Shown here piece by piece: positions 1 through 12,795 of a DNA stretch of 64,000 nucleotides. Numbering within the stretch: position 1 is the stretch's first letter; each line of letters opens with the position of its first letter. The DNA is from Macrostomum hystrix (Eukaryota > Animalia > Platyhelminthes). The notes beneath the pieces are model-generated. The model had not been told where the DNA came from. It did not search any database and saw nothing but the letters and a program-made list of their open reading frames with translations. The stretch covers positions 558,001 through 622,000 of the forward strand of contig CATNEN010000027.1 in NCBI GenBank assembly GCA_950097015.1, given 5' to 3'. The position numbers and the translations under genes are program-made.

Positions 1-1008
1 TCGGTCACCGCTGGTTCAAGAAGAAGTGAAAAAGACTGACCAACTGGACCAAAAATACACAGCAGATTGAGCATTGTCTTGAGTGAAAACTATCTTTTTA
101 AACCCGTTGAACTATCATTGTTAAACATCGTTGAACATCTCGACGATGCCGACGTTCTGTGATTTTAGTCCCGGGTTCTGGATTTTCATGACAATTGGTT
201 ATCTATTTTAAGAGATATTATCTTTCTCTTATTTATAACTATTTTCCCTTTGCGTAGCGCTTACTCACAAGTAGAGAAAATGCACATTTGCATACAAAAA
301 GTGGATAGAAAAAAAATCAAAAAGTAAATCAATGGCAGATGCAGGAAAATACTTGAAAATTAAACTTCAAAGCCCACACTAAAGGAAAAATAAATAGCGA
401 ACACTTTGTGACTCTGAGGTCGCTATGACAGAAAGACAGCAATAGTCGTAATGAATTCATATATCTGAGCTTGAGCAGTTTGAGCAGTTGAAAGGGTCAG
501 ACAAAAACTATGAATTCATTTCGGTATTGAGTCGCCATTTAGTTAGTCGTTGCTACCTGGCCAGATATACACAAATGCTGAATTCTATTAATTGAGGCTC
601 GCCAATGCACATTTTGGCACGGCTCACGCAACTCAAACATTCGATGGCACGTGTTCTGCCTGCCTGTCGGTTTGCCTGCTCAAATAAGCCTCTCTTCACG
701 AAAAAAACTATACGAGTTTAAGAGACAATGTGGACAATAAGTCTCTGGACACCAACCTGTGATTCTCTCAGCTCAGACTTTAAATTACTGTCGGTGTAAC
801 GAAAAATTAAATCCAAGAGAGAAGAGAGAGAAATAATACTACACGATAAATTCATTCTAGCTTGGAGCACAAAAGAATTTACCCGAAAAGCTGCATGAGT
901 TGAAGTTGCATATAAACAGGACTACATTGCCTCGTTGAGTTGCCGCTGTCTAAGTGATTTTGTTTATTCTCAACAGACTTTGTTCATCTTGCTTTCTATT
1001 AAGAAAAA

Positions 1009-1041
1009 ATGTTCCGCTCTAAGACAACAGCAAACAGTTCT

Positions 1042-1073
<32 letters not shown>

Positions 1074-4000
1074 CACGGCGGAAACGACATCAACAACCAA
1101 CTCTAAAACAAAAAGTGGATTCGCTACGGTGGACAGTGAGTTCATGAGTTCAATAGGACGCTCGTTCATGCCTAACAGGTTCATTCATGTCTAACAGGTT
1201 CATTCATGTCTAACAGGTTCATTCATGTCTAACAGGTTCATTCATGTCTAACAGGTTCATTCATGTCTAACAGGTTCATTAATGTCTAACAGGTTCATTC
1301 ATGTCTAACAGGTTCATTCATGTCTAACAGGTCCATTCATGTCTAACAGGTTCATTCATGTCTAACAGGTTCATTCATATCGACTGAATTCGAGAACACG
1401 AATAATTGAATTCGCAGAGCTCAAGCTGAAGCGCTTCGTGCCCAGGTACGTGAAGAGCGGACAGCGCAGCAACACGGTTGAATATGACCAGGTGGCTCAG
1501 AGGCGCGGCATGGTGGTCCGACGCGGCGAGTACTTTTACCTGGACTTAGAGTTCGAAGAAATCTTCGACGACTATGACCTGCTATCGTTCCGCGTCAGCG
1601 TGGAGGACTTCGGCTTCGAAGCCTACAAAAAGTCATGGCACCTGAAGGAGGTGAGAGCTTGATCCGGTGTCTAACAGGATGGGCTGTCTAACAGGGTGGG
1701 GTGTCTAACAGGGTGGGGTGTCTAACACGGTGGGTGTCTAACAGGATGAGGTGTCTTACAGGGGGCGTCTAACAGGGTGGGATGACTAAAAGGATGGGCA
1801 GTCTTATAGTATGGGGGTCTAACAGGATAAGGATCTAACAGGATGTGGTGTCTATCAGGGTGGGTAGTCTAACAGGATGGGGTATTCAACAGGATGGGGT
1901 TTCTAACAGGATAGTGTGTCTTAAAGGGGGTGTCTAACAGGGTGGGATCACTAACAGGATGGGGTGTCTAACAGGGTGGGGTGTCTAAGAGGGTGGGATG
2001 ACTAAAAGGATGGGCTGTCTAACAGGGTTGGGCGTCTAACAGGATGGGCTGTCTAACAGGATGGGCTGTCTAACAGGATGGGGGTCTAACAGGGTGGGTA
2101 GTCTAACAGGATGGGGTATTCAACAGGATGGGGTTTCTAACAGGATAGTGTGTCTTAAAGGGGGTGTCTAACAGGGTGGGATCACTAACAGGATGGGGTG
2201 TCTAACAGGGTGGGGTGTCTAAGAGGGTGGGATGACTAACAGGGTGGGATGACTAACAGGGTGGGATGACTAACAGGGTGGGATGACTAACAGGGTGAGA
2301 TGACTAACAGGGTGGGGTGTCTAACAGGGTGGGTGTCTAACAGGGTGGGGTGTCTATCAGGATGGGGTGTCTTACAGGGGCGTCTAACAGGGTGGGGCGT
2401 CTAACAGGGTGGGGCGTCTAACAGGATGGGATGACTAAAAGGATGGGCTGTCTAACAGGGTTGGGCGTCTAACAGGATGGGCTGTCTAACAGGATGGGGG
2501 TCTAACAGGATGGGGATCTAACAGGATGTGGTGTCTAACAGGGTGGGTAGTCTAACAGGATGGGGTATTCAACAGGATGGGGTTTCTAACCGGATGGTGT
2601 GTCTTAAAGGGGGTGTCTAACAGGGTGGGATCACTAACAGGATGGGGTGTCTAACAGGGTGGGGTGTCTAAGAGGGTGGGATGACTAACAGGGTGGGATG
2701 ACTAACACGGTGGGATGACTAACAGGGTGGGATGACTAACAGGGTGAGATGACTAACAGGGTGGGGTGTCTAACAGGATGGGGTGTCTAACAGGGTGGGA
2801 TGACTAACTGGATGGGTGTCTAACATGATGGGGTGTCTAACAGGGTGGGGTGTCTAACAGGGTAGGGTGACTTACAGGGGGTGTCTAACAGGATGGGGTG
2901 TCTAACAGGGTAGGGTGACTTTCAGGGGGGTGTCTAAACAGGGTGGTGTCACTTACAGGGGGTCTAACAGGATCTAACAGGTCTAACAGGTCTAACAGGA
3001 TCCTTATTCAAGCTAGGTATACTTATCACTGTAACAAAAATCTACACCCTGAGCATGTCAAATGTAACCCAAAGCGGCTAATCACTCTGTCACACCGCAG
3101 GAGCCCACAAGATTCAGCGACAACGAGTCCCATCACTGCCCGATTCAGATCCGATCAGTAAGAACTTTCTGAATGCTTTGATGGACCAATGCTGTTAAAT
3201 AATTGGCAGCTTCAAGCAAATCGACAGCCGTTCATTAACTAAAATATGCAGGTCATCATCTATCCCGGTAGCAACAAGGTGACAGTGATATTCTACACGG
3301 CCAAGAATGCCATCACGGCCAAGTACTGGATCACCCAGATGTACGCCACCCGCAGTGTGGCGATCACCTTCAACTACGACATGCGCTTTCCTGTCTCGGT
3401 CGTCTGCAACCCGTTCTGCCCAGGTCGACCCAAGGAAGTCTCATCCCACCCGTCTCTCATCTCTCCCGTGTCTAATCTCTCCCGTGTCTCATCTCTCCCG
3501 TGCCTTATCTCTCCCGTGTCTCATCTCTCCCGTGTCTCATCTCTCCCGTGTCTCATCTCTCCCGTGTCTCATCTCTCCCGTGTCTCATCTCTCCCGTGTC
3601 TAATCTCTCCCGTGTCTCATCTCTCCCGTGTCTCATCTCTCCCGTGTCTCATCTCTCCCGTGTCTCATCTCTCCCGTGTCTCATCTCTCCCGTGTCTCAT
3701 CTCTCCCGTGTCTAATCTCTCCCGTGTCTAATCTCTCCCGTGTCTCATCTCTCCCGTGTCTAATCTCTCCCGTGTCTAATCTCTCCCGTGTCTAATCTCT
3801 CCCGTTTCTAATCTCTCCCGTGTCTCATCTCTCCCGTGTCTCATCTCTCCCGTGTCTCATCTCTCCCGTGTCTCATCTCTCCCGTGTCTAATCTCTCCCG
3901 TGTCTAATCTCTCCCGTGTCTAATCTCTCCCGTGTCTCACCTCTCCCGTGTCTCACCTCTCCCGTGTCTCACCTCTCCCGTGTCTCATCTCTCCCGTGTC

Positions 4001-7000
4001 TCATCTCTCCCGTGTCTCATCTCTCCCGTGTCTAATCTCTCCCGTGTCTCATCTCTCCCGTGTCTAATCTCTCCCGTGTCTAATCTCTCCCGTGTCTAAT
4101 CTCTCCCGTGTCTAATCTCTCCCGTGTCTAATCTCTCCCGTGTCTCATCTCTCCCGTGTCTCATCTCTCCCGTGTCTCATCTCTCCCGTGTCTCATCTCT
4201 CCCGTGTCTCATCTCTCCCGTGTCTCATCTCTCCCGTGTCTTATCTCTCCCGTGTCTCATCTCTCCCGTGTCTCATCTCTCCCGTGTCAATCCGGCCCGC
4301 TGTCTTGGACTTAAACTTGAACTCAGTTTTTGTCTCATATAAGTTTGACTAACCCAGCAAAAGGATGTCCGCATCATCTATTAGTTCTGTAATATCAAGC
4401 ACCGTATTAAATATCTCACACAATGGCGCCCTCCACTCCAGACGATGCCGTCTACCTGGAAAACAGCGCCGAGAGGCAGGAGTACGTCATGAATAGCACC
4501 GGCAGGCTGTACTTCGGCTCGTCTCGCAGCATTGGAGACAAGCCGTGGTACTTTGGCCAGGTAAAAGGATTGAGCTTTTTGAGTTCCTAACTTTAAAAGT
4601 AGGTAGCCCAGTGATTTGAGCTTCGACATTTGAGGTCAAGAGTTCGAATCTCAGCCTATAGAAAACAGTCTTTGTCCTTTTGCACTTGAATTTTGCATTG
4701 CTTCAGTAAAATTGGGTAGAAATTCGGGTAGGTATGGCAGCCTTCCCAGTCCACGGACTGAACAACTGTACACAGCATCTGTGAGCTCTGCGCAATAGCT
4801 GCGGCTGTGCCACAAGCTTCATCCGTTCGATTGTCGCCCGCAGTTCGATGAACCTGTGCTGGACTGCGCGTACTACCTGCTGGCCAAGTCTGGCCTGGAA
4901 TTCGAGAGCTGGGGCAACCCAGTTAGTGCCGCTCGCGCTCTCTCCGCCCTGGTCAACAGCAATGACGATAACGGCGTCCTGGTTGGCAATTGGAGCGGTG
5001 ACTACTCAGGAGGTGTCGCTCCGACGGAGTGGAAGAGCAGCTTGACCATCATTGCCAAGTATTTCGAGACGAAAACTCCGGTCAAGTTCGGACAGTGCTG
5101 GGTCTTCTCCGGCCTTGTGACTTCGTGTGAGTGCTTGACAGCTCAGAGGAGTCCGGCATCTCAGAGGGTTTCGACATCTCAGAGGGTTTCGACATCTCAG
5201 AGGGTTTCGACATCTCAGAGGGTTTCGACATCTCAGAGATGTCGGACTGAGCTGAGGGGTTCAACGTCTCAGAGGGGTTCAACATCTCAGAGAGGTTCAA
5301 CGTCTTAGAGGGGTTCGTCATGTCAGAGAGGTTTGAAATCTCAGAGGGGTTCAACATCTCAGAGGTGTTCGACATCTCAGGGTTTCTTACATCTCAGAGG
5401 GGTTCAACGTCTCAGAGTGGTTCAACGTCTCAGAGGGGTTCAACGTCTCAGAGTGGTTCGACGTCTCAGAGGGGTTCGACATTTCAGAGGGGTTGGAAAT
5501 CTCAGACGTGTTCAACGTCTCAGAGTGTTCGTAAGCTCAGAGGGGTTCAACGTCTCCGAAGGGTTCGACATCTCAGAGGGTTTCAACGTCTCAGAGAAGG
5601 CTTAACATCTCAGAGGGGTTCGACATCTCAGAGGGGTTCGACATTTCAGAGGGGTTCGACATTTCAGAGGGGATCGACATTTCAGAGGGGTTCAACGTCT
5701 CAGAGGGGTTCAACTTCTCAGAGGGGTTCGTCATGTCAGAGGGGTTCGACATTTCAGAGGGGTTCGACATTTCAGAGGGGTTCGACATTTCAGACCGGTT
5801 CGACATTTCAGAGGGGTTCAACGTCTAAGAGGGGTTCGACATCTTAGAGGGATTCGACATCTCCGAGGGTTTCGACATTTCAGAAGGGTTCAACATCGTA
5901 GAGGCATTCGAAATCCCAGAAAGGGTTTGACATTTCAGAGGGACTTGACGTCTCAGAGGGGCTTGAAATCTCTTAAGCTAAGCATATCAGACAGAAGGTT
6001 TGAAGCACGTTTCTTGAGTTCTGAGATAAAATATATTTGTCATCTTAACTGCGAAGTTAAAAATATCGAAGACTTACTACATACCTGTATCAGATAACGT
6101 CAGAAGTATGCCTGAATTTTCATAAAAGCAGCCATGATAAGGCTCTTGGTTCCCAAAGACAAATTTTGCCCGCGGGCAGTGTAAAAGAGAAGCCAGGATC
6201 GATTAAATTAAGAGTCGAAAAGATCAGAAAATGAAAGCCACTTTTATCAAAGCATTCAGGTCTTCTAATCATTTTTTTCCTTTGGAATTTCGTTAATAAA
6301 GTACTTTGCTAGCGATGCCGGGGCGTCGTTAGCAAATGCCCATTGCTATTGGCTTAATTATCACCTTTGTGCTAATGTATTGGCGTTTGGAAATAGAAAA
6401 TCCATTTAATAATTTTAAATTTCTAAATTTGATTTTATCCAGTTGCCAGGGCCTTGGGCATCCCAGCTAGGAGTGTGACAAACTTTGACTCTGCCCACGA
6501 CACCAACTGCAACATGATCGTTGACAGCTTCTTCAACGACAGCTTTGCACCGATTGGCGAACTCAACGCTGACAGTATCTGGTGAGTGTGATGCCTGTAG
6601 CTAACTGGTGAGTGTGATGCCTGTAGCTAACTGGTGAGTGTGATGCCTGTAGCTAACTGGTGAGTGTGATGCCTGTAGCTAACTGGTGAGTGTAATGCCT
6701 GTAACTAACTGGTGAGTGTGATGCCTGTAGCTAACTGGTGAGTGTGATGCCTGTAACTAACAGGTGAATTTGATGCCTGTTGCTAACTGGTGAGTGTGAT
6801 GCCTGGTGCTATCGGGTGATTAGCAGTTGATTACCTGTTGATTACTGGAATTTTCATCCAATCAAAATTTTTGTTAAAGTACATGATTAACTAAGGTTTT
6901 AAAAAATGCGCTGCATTATACGGACATTATACGAGGCTCGTATAACATGGACGCTGAAGCATCCAAATAAATTAAGTAGTCCTTGAATGTAACAATGACA

Positions 7001-9381
7001 AATAAAAATTACATCTAGACCATCTACACAACTTGCTACACTTTGGTTGAGATACGAACTCCCGACCTCTCGCACTATACTTGTAACTGTGCAATACGAA
7101 ACTAATTATAAAACTGTGCTAAAACTGCGAACAATGCAGGAACTTCCACGTGTGGAATGACCTGTGGATGAAGCGGCCGGACCTCAGCGGCGACTTCGAC
7201 GGCTGGCAGGCGGTGGACGCCACACCGCAGGAGCGCAGCGAGAACATCTACCGCACCGGCCCCTGCCCGGTCAAGGCCATCAAGGAGGGCAAGATGGACG
7301 TCGATTTCGACGCGCCGTTCGTATTCGCCGAGGTGAACGCCTGCATCAAGCACTGGCAGAAGCTGGCGGACGGCAACATCAAGGAGCTGTTCTCCGACCC
7401 CACCAAGGTGGGCCGCAGCATCAGCACCAAGGCGGTGGGCTCTGATGAGAGGCAGGATGTCACCGACCTGTACAAATTCCCGGAGGGCAGCCGAGAGGAG
7501 GACGCGGCGTTCCGCGCGGCCAAGAACTCCAAGAAGGTGCAGATCAAGGCAGAGCGAACCGACGATAACAAGCGCAGGAGGAACCTGCAGATCAACATTG
7601 CCACGGACGAGTACCTGGTGATTGGCAGCGACATCAAGGTGACACTGGAGCTGGCGAACGGCGCTCGCACCGACAAGAATATCGTCTTCGGCGTGGCGGT
7701 GAATCTCAAGCAGTACAACGGCAAGGTCATCCGGCAGCTGGCCTTCGAGAAGGGCGAAGTTGTCGTCAAGGGCCAGAGCAGTGAGCAGCAGGGGACGATG
7801 TAGACGAGAATGAGAATGGGATCTGAGAACACCTGGGATATGAGAACACATGGGATATGAGAACACCTGGGATATGAGAACACCTGGGATATGAGAACAC
7901 CTGGGACATGAGAACACATGGGATATGAGAACACCTGGGATATGAGAACACCTGGGATAAGAGAACACCTGGGACATGAGAACACCTGGGATATTAGTAC
8001 ATATGGGATATGAGAACTAGATGAGAACCCCTAGAATAATTAGATCAGCTTAGGTGAGACAAAGAATCATGCTTAGCCTATTGTTTGTTTCAGCATCCCC
8101 TGTTGCGTTGGTCGTCAACTCCGTAGACTACTCCAGCTTGTCCGGCCTAGAGGAAGTCGGCATCGAGATCATCGCCGTTGGTCTGGACGGCAACGACAAG
8201 GTGGTGAAGCAGGCCATTATTCACCTGTTCAACCCGGAGATTGACATTGAGGTAGGTTTTAATTTGCGATTTCCCGCTCAACTTAATTTCTTGTTCAACT
8301 CAATGATATGCACGCTCCCCTACTGACAATGCCATCTGACTAGATTTCTGGCGAAGTCAGTCAGAACAAGGCATTCCACTTCAAGTGCAGCTTCGTCAAC
8401 CCGGTGCCGTTCGCCCTGACTGACGCCAGGTTCAGCATCGAAGGGCCCGGCCTACGCGGCAAGAGCATGGATAAGACCGTTGGGTGAGCGAACTGTCTGC
8501 TCTGCTGGACATTGTCTTGAACGAGAAAGTGTTCGGTTGTCTGTTGATTCGAATTCATTGAGTGAGGTTAATTTGAACTATGAGAACTTGATTCGCGGAG
8601 CGTCATAGAGGGAGCGGAGGGTCATGTGAGGGAGCGGAGGGTCATGGAGGGAGCGGAGGGTCATGGATGGAGCGGAGGATCATGGGGGGGGGGAGCGAAA
8701 GGTCATGGACCGAGCGGAGGGTAATCAGGGTTAGCGGAGGGTCATGGGGGAGCGGATGGTCATAGGGTTAGCGGAGTGTCATGTGAGGAAGCGGATGGTC
8801 ATGGAAGGAGCGGAGGGTCATGAATGGAGCGGAGGATCATGAAGCGAGCGGAGGGTCATTCGAGGGAGCGGAGGGTCATTTGAGGAAGCGGAGGATCATG
8901 GGGTTAGCCGAGGGTCATGTGAGGGAGCGGAGGTTCATGGGGGGGGGAGCGGAGCGTCAATAAGGGAGGGAAGGGTCATAAAGGAGCGGAGGGTCATGGA
9001 GTGAGCGGAGGGTCATGGAGCGAGCGGGTGGTCATGGAGGGAGTCGAGGGTCATGGAGGAAGGGGGCATTTAATGGAACTTTAAAATCGTTGGGTTTTCC
9101 CACCACCATGAAGCTCAAAGTTCAATTTTCTTCGACCTTCAAAGACCTTGAACTGCATTTAGCAATGCCGCCTAATCTGCAGGCAGGTGAAGGCTGGCGA
9201 GACTGCCAGCTGCAGCATCACCCTGACGCCAGCCAGGTGCGGCGAGCGCAACTTCATCGTCTCGTTCAACTCCAAGGAGCTGAAGGGAGTGCAGAAGGCC
9301 TACCCTGTGTTTGTCGAGCCAGATCCCAAGGCTGTGCCAGCTGATGAGATCATTGAGGTGCGCAGTCAGGTTGCCAACTAA
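1009..9381 (+). CDS. Transglutaminase (protein-glutamine gamma-glutamyltransferase), 10 coding exons, 736 aa
   Basis: Exons 1009-1135, 1418-1650, 3252-3423, 4442-4560, 4844-5126, 6443-6581, 7140-7780, 8094-8251, 8344-8483, 9183-9381. All introns are GT-AG with matching phases; total 2211 nt. Motifs: VVRRG, NPFCPDDAVYL, PWYFGQ, GNWSGDY, catalytic GQCWVF (Cys), WNFHVWND (His), WQAVDATPQE (Asp), C-terminal barrel FVNPVPFALTDARFSIEGPGL. Exon 1 is assigned by phase fit only. Confidence 0.95.
1160..1379. repeat. 19-bp minisatellite (GGTTCATTCATGTCTAACA)n, TG intron 1
   Basis: About 11 near-identical units. Confidence 0.95.
1666..3000. repeat. ~16-bp degenerate minisatellite (GTCTAACAGGGTGGG)n, TG intron 2
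   Basis: Core CTAACAGG repeated; a ~430-bp higher-order duplication is visible (near 2005 and 2438). Confidence 0.95.
3452..4288. repeat. 16-bp minisatellite (TGTCTCATCTCTCCCG)n, TG intron 3
   Basis: About 52 units with A/C variants. Confidence 0.97.
4602..4810 (+). mobile_element. tRNA-derived CORE-like SINE (family A), in transglutaminase intron 4
   Basis: B-box GAGTTCGAATC, TTGCTTCAGTAAAATTGGGTAG, and 3' CCCAGTCCA..GCGCAATAGCTGCGGCTGT shared with the copy at 25490-25745. Confidence 0.6.
5146..5972. repeat. 18-bp minisatellite (TCAGAGGGGTTCGACATC)n, TG intron 5
   Basis: Direct inspection; source of the SQRGST pseudo-ORFs. Confidence 0.95.
6581..6815. repeat. 26-bp minisatellite (GGTGAGTGTGATGCCTGTAGCTAACT)n starting at the splice donor, TG intron 6
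   Basis: 9 units starting at 6581, 6607, 6633, 6659, 6685, 6711, 6737, 6763, 6789. Confidence 0.97.
7824..8030. repeat. 17-bp minisatellite (TGAGAACACCTGGGATA)n, TG intron 7
   Basis: About 11 units. Confidence 0.95.
8605..9062. repeat. ~19-bp degenerate minisatellite (GGAGGGAGCGGAGGGTCAT)n, TG intron 9
   Basis: Direct inspection. Confidence 0.92.
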
Positions 9382-9783
9382 TTATCCTGGATTCTGGCTG
9401 AGCCAAAACAGCTGACCGACTGACTCACTGTTGAGTCTGAGTACACATCGTTCTTAGAAAATGTGTCACTATTCGAAAATTACCGACTTCAAATTAATGT
9501 TTTTTTGCTTTCCACATTGCGATTCAAACTCACTATCTCACTAAATAGGGCGACATTATTATAGCTATAAAAAATAACAAATTATTAGTTACTAACATTA
9601 TAGTGCTATGATAATTATTTTGTGATATTTATACGTCAATTGATCAACTTATTCTAGCTTCTACTACGCTGAAACTTTTGTGATGTGTGGAAGTGTTTGT
9701 TACAAAATAAATTTTATAAACTTCTGCAGTTTCAACTTTACAAATTTTGATCTCAACCCTTAAAGGGAGTTGAGGATGATGTG

Positions 9784-10161
9784 ATGGAGCGGAGGGTCAT
9801 GGAGGGAGCGGAGGGTCATGGAGGGAGCGGAGGGTCATGTGGGGGAGCGGAGGGTCATGGAGGGAGTGGAGGGTCATGGAGGGAGTGGAGGGTCATGGAG
9901 GGAGTGGAGGGTCATGGAGGGAGTGGAGGGTCATGGAGGGAGTGGAGGTTCATGGAGGGAGTGGAGGGTCATGGAGGGAGCGGAGGGTCATGGAGGGAGC
10001 GGAGGGTCATGGAGGGAGCGGAGGGTCATGGAGGGAGCGGAGGGTCATGGAGGGAGCGGAGGGTCATGGAGGGAGCGGAGGGTCATGGAGGGAGCGGAGG
10101 GTCATGGAGGGAGTGGAGGGTCATGGAGGGAGTGGAGGGTCATGTGAGGGAGCGGAGGGTC
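9784..10161. repeat. 19-bp minisatellite (GGAGGGAGCGGAGGGTCAT)n downstream of TG
   Basis: Homogeneous; same unit as 8605-9062. Confidence 0.95.
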
Positions 10162-11049
10162 AGTTCCATTTTTGCCAACAGCTAACTAAAAGCAATGATT
10201 GGCAGACTAATTTTTCGCTAACAATTTTACCAAGCTGCACATATAAGTCCAATGCAAGGACCGTCAAGTAAAAAGGGTTCGTATTGGCAATATTAGAAAA
10301 GCGAAATACACAGAAAAACTGCACAGTCATTTAGATTCACCTGACCTTATCAAAGTGTACAAATCATTTCCTGGCTTATCTCTGTTCTGGCAGTGGCAGA
10401 GATGAATCACTCAAAATGCTACTGGCATTTGTATCTACCTTGGAGAATAAATCGCCACATTAAAGTACAGTAAAGTACTATTTGTATTTCCCCCATTAAA
10501 TGTGCAGATATTCTACGAAAGCTGAGTAGAATGCCATCGCCCCCTATCGATCACACTTGGCCGGCAAGAAATCGCAAAATTAATTTAATGGATAATCTTG
10601 ACAGCGGGATAATGAGAACTAATCTGAGAGCAGACTTAAGTGAAAGTCAAATTACCACAATCAGCTTCCCAGTATTCCCAGAATTTCTCAAAACTTCCCA
10701 ATCCCAAATCCAATCGACCTAGCGATGCCGAAACTTCATACTATTTTTTACCAGAGCTTTGGATAAGAACTGAATTAATAAAAAACCATTAAATAAATTG
10801 CTTCTAATTGAAAATATTTGGCAAAAATACATCGCGGCTGTCTTCAAAGCTGCCAGAAATGCATGGGACAGCACTTAGGTTAATTACTGGGTCAAAGGAA
10901 CTTTCAAACCATGGGAACGCTTAACAAATCTTTACCGTAGTCCTTTCTATCTCTTCTGATAAGGCAACAGTACTATGACTTTTGTGCTCTTTTTAATAAT
11001 ATAATTAGGGCGATCTTATCGCTCCATGCGTTCTCATGAAGTTCTCACA

Positions 11050-11385
11050 CTGCTGGGCTGCTGGCACACCATTTGGTGACACTAGACCCGCAGCCAGCGA
11101 GGAGGCAATTCTGCCCATTTCGCTGACTCCTGAGCACACACGCACACAGATACTGTACGCAGGCACACGCTCACAGATGTACATGTGTACATCTGCCCTG
11201 ACTTTCTCATTGTCAGGCAGTGTACACTCTCACTGTGCCTTGGAGGTTGGCCCTCGACGGCGTAAATTGCACGACAAGCCCCCAAGCCTTCTCTCCGCGG
11301 CTGCGCCCCAAATGAATGTGGCCTCGCCGCGGAATCGAGCTCAGGGACCTTGGTGCGAGAGGCAAACATTTTAGATCAAAGTTGT
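11050..11385 (-). mobile_element. tRNA-derived SINE (family B), near full length
   Basis: Head GCCTCTCGCACCAAGGTCCCTGAGCTCGATTCCGCGGCG and TTGTCGTGCAATTTACGCC are shared with 16475-16590; the 3' part is shared with 46855-46960. Confidence 0.7.
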
Positions 11386-11929
11386 TCTCATGTAGTCCTC
11401 ATATCCAATTGTCATTGTCAATCATTGTCAATTCTCTGTTCGTTTTTATGTTTTTAATGCGTAAGCAAAGTATTTAGGAATTCTAAAGTGTTCTCATAGT
11501 TTCGTGTTTCATTTTTTTACCAGAATTCCCGTCTTTTAACAAATATTCTTTTGAATATACGCTCGTACCTTTCCAACAATGATAGCCGAAATAACTCTGT
11601 CGATAGCAAGGTCGTTCAGTAGCAAATCTACCCCCTTGACATTTATTTTCATATTTATTTGCAGTGAATCTAGAATGCTTTAATCACCTACTTCAAGAAG
11701 AATGTTGCAGGCCGCTCCTGCACATGGAGCACTTGAGTAGCCGGGCTGAGTTCTGGAGGCTCCGATGTCCCCTGCAACAGCTGCGAAGCAAGCGGCGCGT
11801 GTGTTCCTCTGGGCCTGGATAAGGAGCCCGGGACTTAAGCGGTGTGGCTTAAGCTGTCTTTGAAAACTGCTGGCTTAAGAGAACCGATTAAAGCTGTAGG
11901 ATGTTTACTAGTTGACTAGGTTAGGGGTA

Positions 11930-12795
11930 GGGAGCTGAGTTAGGGGTAGGGAGCTGGGTCAGGGGCAGGGAGCTGGGTCAGGGGTAGGGAGCTGGGTCAG
12001 GGGTAGGGAGCTGGGTCAGGGGTAGGGAGCGGAGTCAGGGGTAGGGAGCGGGGTCAGGTGAAGGGAACGGGCTCAGGTGTAGGCAGCGGACTAGGGAGCG
12101 GGGTCAGGGGTATGGAGCTGGGTCAGGGGTAGGGAGCGGAGTCAGGGGTAGGGAGCGGGGTCAAGTGTAGGGAACCGGGTCAGGTGTAGGTACCGGAGTC
12201 TGGGGTAGGGAGCGGAGTCAGGGGTAGGGAGCGGGGTCAGGTGTAGGGAACCGGGTCAGGTGTAGGTACCGGAGTCTGGGGTAGGGAGCGGAGTCAGGGG
12301 TAGGGAGCGGGGTCAGGTGTAGGGAACGGGGTCAGGTGTAGGGAACGGGCTCAGGTGTAGGTAGCGGAGTCAGGGGTAGGGAGCTGGGTCAGGGGTATGG
12401 AGCTGGGTCAGGGGTATGGAGCTGGGTCAGGGGTATGGAGCTGGGTCAGGGGTAGGGAGCGGAGTCAGGTGTAGGTAGCGGAGTCAGGGGTAGGGAGCTG
12501 GGTCAGGGGTAGGGAGCGGAGTCAGGGGTAGGGAGCTGGGTCAGGGGTAGGGAGCGGAGTCAGGGGTAGGGAGCTGGGTCAGGGGTAGGGAGCGGAGTCA
12601 GGGGTAGGGAGCTGGGTCAGGGGTATGGAGCTGGGTCAGGGGTAGGGAGCTGGGTCAGGGGTAGGGAGCTGGGTCAGGGGTAGGGAGCTGGGTCAGGGGT
12701 AGGGAGCGGAGTCAGGGGTAGGGAGCTGGGTCAGGGGTAGGGAGCGGAGTCAGGGGTAGGGAGCTGGGTCAGGGTTAGGTAGCGGAGTCAGGGGA
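11930..12795. repeat. 19-bp G-rich minisatellite (GGGGTAGGGAGCTGGGTCA)n
   Basis: About 45 units with GCGGAG/GCTGGG variants. Confidence 0.95.

Noticed and set aside
7102-7985. Long minus-strand ORFs over the TG exon; likewise 28229-28747 and 17241-17683
   Set aside because: Antisense shadows of GC3-rich true exons.
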